The notes under the pieces were generated by a model. The model had not been told where the DNA came from and made no database searches. It saw only the letters and a program-made list of their open reading frames with translations. Position numbers and translations under genes: made by a program. A stretch of 64,000 nt of DNA from the human T2T-CHM13v2.0 reference genome, Homo sapiens. The stretch's first letter is position 1; every line of letters begins with the position of its first letter. Location: NCBI GenBank assembly GCA_009914755.4, contig CP086569.2, positions 3,328,001-3,392,000 of the forward strand. The letters are read 5' to 3'. Below, in pieces: positions 57,899-64,000 of this stretch.

Positions 57899-60800
57899 AC
57901 CCTCTAGTAAAGTGTTTCTCAACCAGAAATTGGCACTTTGAATAGAACAAGTTTCCACTGTACATGACTGACCCATACATCATGCCATATTTAGTATTCT
58001 ACATACAGTGAATAGTGGTGGCATTCTAGAGTAATGGCAAAAAGCATCTCAAGTTTAAGGATATTTGGTGGGGACTTAAGAAAAGTAATTTAATCTTAAA
58101 AAATCACATTTGCCTAGCATTTTACATTTTGAAGCACTTTAGAGGGATTTTTCTTATTAAGTGACACATAAACGTTTTGTTAGAGGTAGAACAAATATTA
58201 TTGTTCTTTTTTCACAAAAATGACCTAGTTAAGTTCTGACAGCTAGTTAGTGACAGAACAAGGACTTAATCAAAGTTATTTCATCCCCATTATTTTGTTT
58301 TTTTGTTCAGAAAATGTCCTTCTAGTCTAAACATATACATAAGGAAGAGAGTAAATTGCCACAAAAACATAACATTACAAAAACTATGAAGCAATTTTAG
58401 AATTCCTGAGTGGGAGTAGAAAGGAAATTACAATGTAGTAAATTTCATTGTATTCTGCATTTATGAGATTTTGGAATGTTTCCAAAATCTATATTATTCT
58501 GGCAACATCCTTAACAACTTGGAATCAATGGTAAATTATGTAAATATGATTGAATCATCAGTAAATTGCAACTTGATCAGATATAGCTGTGTGGTAATAT
58601 GAGTATAACTGTTAACTACCCTGACTATATTTTATTATATACCCAAGAGCCAAGATTCTCACATATGTTGCATTTTTTCAATCATTTTGTTAGAGGATTG
58701 ATATTAAATCATACCTCTTCCCTTTTTTTTTCTTTTTTTTAAAGGAAGTCTACCTATGTGGCATAATGAGACCTACTCACTCATTCAGCTCAATGTTCTA
58801 CTGACATCTGAATAATAGTATGCCTTCTCTGTTACATTTATTAACTAAAATTGGGAGCTATATCTGAAAATTATTTTTGTATGCAGTGCTCACACACCAT
58901 CTGACACTGAGTTATTGACTTCAAAATAATGGATTTTGGGGGCAAGAGTAGAGGAAGTATTTGTGAACTGACTTAATGCTACTTGGTTATGTATAGGTTC
59001 TTTCTGGTAGTTAAAATTAGCCACTAAATATTTCAATTGGAGGGGATTATTACATTAACAAATCTTAGATCAGACTTTTACAAACATGACAACTACAAAC
59101 AGGGGCATTTATTAACAAACTATTTTTAGTTATATAAAAGAAACAATTCCCACAATCTGTTTTTTACTTGGAAAATTTTCAATTACACTGGATTTTAAGT
59201 ACTCTTACTATTATTTGTTGTAAGAGGTTATTTTGAGACAAATGCCAAGATTTTTTAGAATGAATTCTATTAACCATATCGATATCAACCAACTATGGCA
59301 GCAGTTCACAGCTGGCCGTAGAAATAGCCACTTAGGCTACAGTGTCATTCCTAAGGATGTAATACTTAGGGATTTTTATGTCTTGTTCCATGCAAAAGTA
59401 AGGCATGTCTTAAAATATTTTAGCTGAACATCTTATCATGAATAACTTTAATTTCACAAATAAGAGAACATTTATTATGCTACTATCACATATTACCATT
59501 TATTATTGTACATCAAAAAATTTATATTTGACATCCATCATGCTAATGAGCAAAGCATCATTACTGATTGAGATGTATGGAGACATCAATATCAGAAGGC
59601 ATGCTTATAGTCATTTCCAGTGTATGTTTCTTTTTCATGTAATGTTTGTGGAGCACTGCTCAACTGGACATACTTGATTAATATATTAGCTGAGCACTCT
59701 GAATTGTGCTTTCTTAATGTTGGCTTTACCAAAACAATATATACACAAAGTATCACACTTTATGTACCAATATATTTTTTTAACCTTACAGGGTTTGTAA
59801 CAAGTGTCAAAACTATTTTAAATTGAAGGCCATTCCACTTGTGCTACATTTCAGAAGATATTTAGAGAACATATCTCCCCACAGAAGCCCAGAAAGGTTG
59901 AATTTTTTTATATAATAGCAACAGTTATTCATAGAAAAGTAAAGAAGCAGAATCTGGGACTGCACAGATTTATACAAAAGCAAATAAGAAAATAAGTATC
60001 TATAGAAATATGAATACAATTGATAAAATATATTGCTGCATACCTAGATAATAAAGACTCTTACAAATTTTATATCAGAGCTTATGAAAGAACCTGTAAC
60101 TATGTGGACCAGTATGAAAAATAGATAAAAATAGTTATGCAGAAGCAAATGTGAAGGAACACAAAGTTTACTGAACAAGATAGCATAGAATAGAGGACAG
60201 TCACTAATCAAAACAACCTAAAATGTTCACTAATATCAAATGAGGAGAGATTTATATCTAATATCAGAATCTCACAATGGTAATCTATATATTATTTGAC
60301 ACTATGTGTGTTATATATATATATTTAATATGTATATAAGAACATGTATGCAGACAACTATAATTTAGTAAACTTGAAAATCCATTTCATAGGTAATTTA
60401 ATTATTATTCTAATTTTAGTATTTATAAATACTAGTATGTGTAAATGCCATTTTCCTCATCAATCCTATTCTTAATGACTCTCCAGTTATTTGTACGTTG
60501 CTACCTTCATTTCCTAAAACCAATGACAAAAGAATCATTTGAGAATCATTTGAGAATCAATAGCCCTTCTTCTAAATATCAATGGTGATGATGTTATCTT
60601 TCCATAGGTCCATGAGGATGTTGATGATAAGCACTTCTCTGATGATATTGAGTATCCCTCTACATATTCCATAAAAATGCCAGGTAAACTAGTTGGCCTC
60701 CTTCTACATGATTTTCTCGGACAGGCAGAATCTCCTTGGTACCCGCACCATCAACTTGAGTATAGTTGCCAAGTACCCTGACAAGCTGGTTGGTACCAGC

Positions 60801-63800
60801 TTCTCATCTCTTTCCCATCATCTGTAATTTCCTCTTTCCATTACTGTCAGGTGGATTCTCTTAAGTGTCCAGGGTTACAACTGTCATTCCCATTCATCAT
60901 AAACCTGAACATAAGAAGCTAAGCATATTAATTTGATCCTTATGTATGCTATTTTATTTCTCTTCCTTCTGACCCACCCCCCTCATTATTTTGCTGAAGC
61001 TTCTTAATAACCCCAGCCATGCTAGACCTTCTCTCTAATCTTTCCTTATATGCTGTATAATGATGGTGTCATATCCTAAAAGCTGCTAGGAGGAAACATG
61101 AATAGGCTTTAAGTAGTGATATCTGAACTTAGTAAACCACAATAACATTAGTAGCCACCAATTTTTTCCCTGAAGGCATAAAATAGAAAAGCAAGTTTCA
61201 TTAAATAAAATTTGAGCAAGTGACACTTTGAAAATAACTGAGGTTAATTAGATCTATTTATTTGGTGATACTGAGCAGCTTATAAAGGAAATCAGAAATG
61301 CATTAGCAAGTCAATAGACATTATGATTATTTTAGAGATTTAAAGATCAGAGTCTTGGCCAGTTTTAAGGTCTTAATATATCAGCTGTACATTATGTGTT
61401 TTGCATTATATTCTTTCCTTACTTTGCTCTATTTTAAATTGATTTTCTATTAAAGAAAATTATCTCTTATAGATAATTAAAGGAAGTAATAGCAAAACCC
61501 ATAACTCACCAAATAAAAGTGACACATGAAAATATTAGCATCATGAATTGATTTAAGGGAATAAAAAATTAACGATGCAGTTGAAGTCACTTAATTATCT
61601 TTCTTCAAGCCACTCCCATCCTTCTTATACTACCAGAGAAAACCATCACCACACAATTGGTATAAATTTTTTATATCGACCTTTTTATACTTTAATCATA
61701 TATGCGTATGACCCACATGAATTTCTGTAAGATTGAACAGAACCAAATCAAAAATAGCCCTTTGTATTTAACCTCTAGAAATTCACTAAAACCAGAAGTT
61801 AATATGGACTATTTTTTTGTGGATTGTACATCTTATATAAATTATCAAGCAATTCTTTTTAATGTTTTTAGGCTATCCACACTGATACATACAGATTTAT
61901 GTTTACATCTTGATTTTACCGTATTTTATAAATGTACTTACATTTTTCATTCATGTTGATGTTAACTTAGAATATTTCCCAATTTTTGCTATTACAAATG
62001 ATGCTACAGTGAAGATTCCTATTCATCTCTCTTTATACATTAATAAATAATTATTTTTATAATATACAATCAGAAATGCTAATGCCAAGTTATAATCCAA
62101 AATGGATGCAACACATTTCTAGTCCTATTAAAAGAATATAAAAGTCTCTGCCTCCCCCATATCCTTGCCCACAACCGGTATTGCCAAATTTTTTACTTTG
62201 GATTACATTTCCCTAATTACTTGTAAGGAAGTGGGGACTCAATTCCTCCTCTTCACTTTTTGAAAAAGGTTGTAAATGAGTCATGTTCTCTTAGGACTCC
62301 TTGTTTGTAGCTATAATTTTTGAGAGTATGATAAGTCTTGAATGTGTAGGAGAAGAATTTAGTGGAATAACTTTTCCAAATGGTAGAAGAAAGAAAGCTT
62401 CCAAGCAGATTGATATGTTCTTTGATTAAAGGCCCTGATTAATGAGACTGATGATTTTTGAGGGGTAGATATATGAACATAGGAGTCACTCCTTTCTAAA
62501 ATGGTAGAGTAACTTCTACTTATCAAATTAATGCAGAGGAATTTCTTTAAATTTGAGAGAATCTCAAAGAGAGCAGAGTTCTATAAGTTTGAACTTCAAA
62601 TATCCAAAATAATAATGTCTTTTTTCCTAAAAACATAACTAAAAGGCAGTATTTAATTCATTCATAAGTTTTGTGCGGTAATAGTTAGCAGATACAAGTT
62701 TATAAGAATTTAGGCCATTAGTATAGACCTTATCAGGAATAATAATTATCATCATAACTTACGCATCCAGTGTCTGTAAAATTTCAGGTAGTTTATTCAT
62801 TTATTCCTCACAGCAACACTAGGACTTAGGTCCTATTATTATCTCTGATTTTATAGATGAAGAAATTGAGACAGTTTTCCTGTGTAGGCAACAGAGTTAG
62901 TTTGTAACACAGCTGGAATTTAAGCCCAAGCAGTTAGATTGCAAAGTTCTTGTTCCTAAACCCCTTGCTGCACTGTCAGCCCCTTCAAGGAGCTTCTTTC
63001 ATGATATCTTTGTTTCTTATGCTTATTCTTTTTCAAGATAGTTTGATACATTCATGGAGAATATATTCAGGCATTTTTAAGTCTATCATGTTGGCAAAGG
63101 TGATATTAATGACACAAAAATCTAATATTGATTCCAAAAGGATATCAAATAGAATGGATAGAGAGATATGGTGCATACACAATTCAATACAAATCAGCCT
63201 TTTTTAAAAATGAAAATACTGCAATGTGCAAAAACATGGATATACCTTGAGGATAATAAGCTAAATTTAATAAGCCAGTCACAGAAATAAAAATATGGAA
63301 TGATTCAATTTGTATGAGGTTTCTAAAATATTCAAAGCAAAGAGTGAAATGTTGCCAAGGACTGGGGGAAGGGGGAAATGGGAAGGTACATAATTATGAA
63401 CAGGCAAAAAGTGTTAGTTAAGCAAGATTTATAAGCTCTAGAGATCTGGTATACAAGATTGTACCTAGAGTTGATACTAATGCATTATACACTTCAAAAA
63501 TTGCTAAGACGCTGGATCTAATGTTAAATATTCTAACCACAGTCACATCAAATAAAAAAGGTTAGCATAAAAGAGACCTACTGAGGAAATGAACAGCATA
63601 GCCTAGTGGAGAGAAAAGGGAAAATTCCAGTTATTGAAATTACATATTCTTTTTTTTGTAAACACTGAAATCATTTAATTTGTGGGATAAGGTGGAAGGT
63701 GCTTAATCACACTCTAAAATTTTATGTATGGCTGAAATGTTTTCCCCATTCTCATCACTGTTGTCAAGAAAAATTTATAAAATTGTTTCATAATTCCCAA

Positions 63801-64000
63801 AATTTTATTATGCACACTTTCAAACTGAAATTGTTACCTTTGAAATCTCTATTAAAATATGACACAATTCCTCTGAGGAAACTCTTATGGATCTGGAATA
63901 TAATTAAATTTGTATGCTCCTAACTGGATTCAATTCATTAAACTTATACTTTTTTCAGTACCCCCAACTCATGCAATGCTACTTAGGTGAAGCGAATTTT

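Noticed and set aside
60517-60556. gaatcatttga gaatcatttga short tandem repeat
   Set aside because: It is an 11-bp unit present twice in unique sequence. It is too short to call a minisatellite and has no further structure.

Overview
This window is AT-rich primate (almost certainly human or great-ape) nuclear DNA, about half of it interspersed repeats, and it contains no convincing host protein-coding exon. It is not prokaryotic, and I see no CRISPR array, rRNA or tRNA gene. Alternative-start ORF calling is the reason some ORF-track entries begin at GTG. Every ORF in the track of 100 aa or more is a decayed LINE-1 ORF1 or ORF2 fragment, a USP12-retrocopy frame, or an AT-rich or GC-rich chance frame inside a repeat.

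What I can support from the sequence:
- About 11 Alu elements, most with poly-A tails and readable target-site duplications (TSDs).
- Many L1 fragments of different ages, including a near-full-length L1PA/L1PB-type element on the minus strand (19.8-26.3 kb) and two L1 copies showing classic twin-priming inversions.
- One complete ERVL-MaLR (THE1/MST-like) element with both LTRs and a 5-bp TSD.
- A solo MaLR LTR with a perfect 5-bp TSD.
- A MIR.
- Several microsatellites.
- A pair of about 460-bp homologous direct repeats 5 kb apart, of unknown family.
- A full-length processed pseudogene of USP12 (31,763 to about 36,235).

The most unusual structure is the USP12 retrocopy. Its cap-proximal 5' UTR is fused directly to the poly-A tail of a sense-oriented Alu. 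The Alu plus USP12 block (about 4.8 kb) sits inside L1 ORF2 sequence, bracketed by a single 8-9-bp TSD (actacagg). The Alu tail motif aactc(A)23 is tandemly doubled at the junction. This is best explained either as an Alu-mRNA chimeric retrocopy made by L1 reverse-transcriptase template switching, or as an Alu insertion followed by a retrocopy insertion into its tail.

I found no novel biological system beyond that. All coordinates are by-eye alignments against remembered repeat consensus sequences and should be treated as approximate (about ±20 bp, worse for old L1 pieces).
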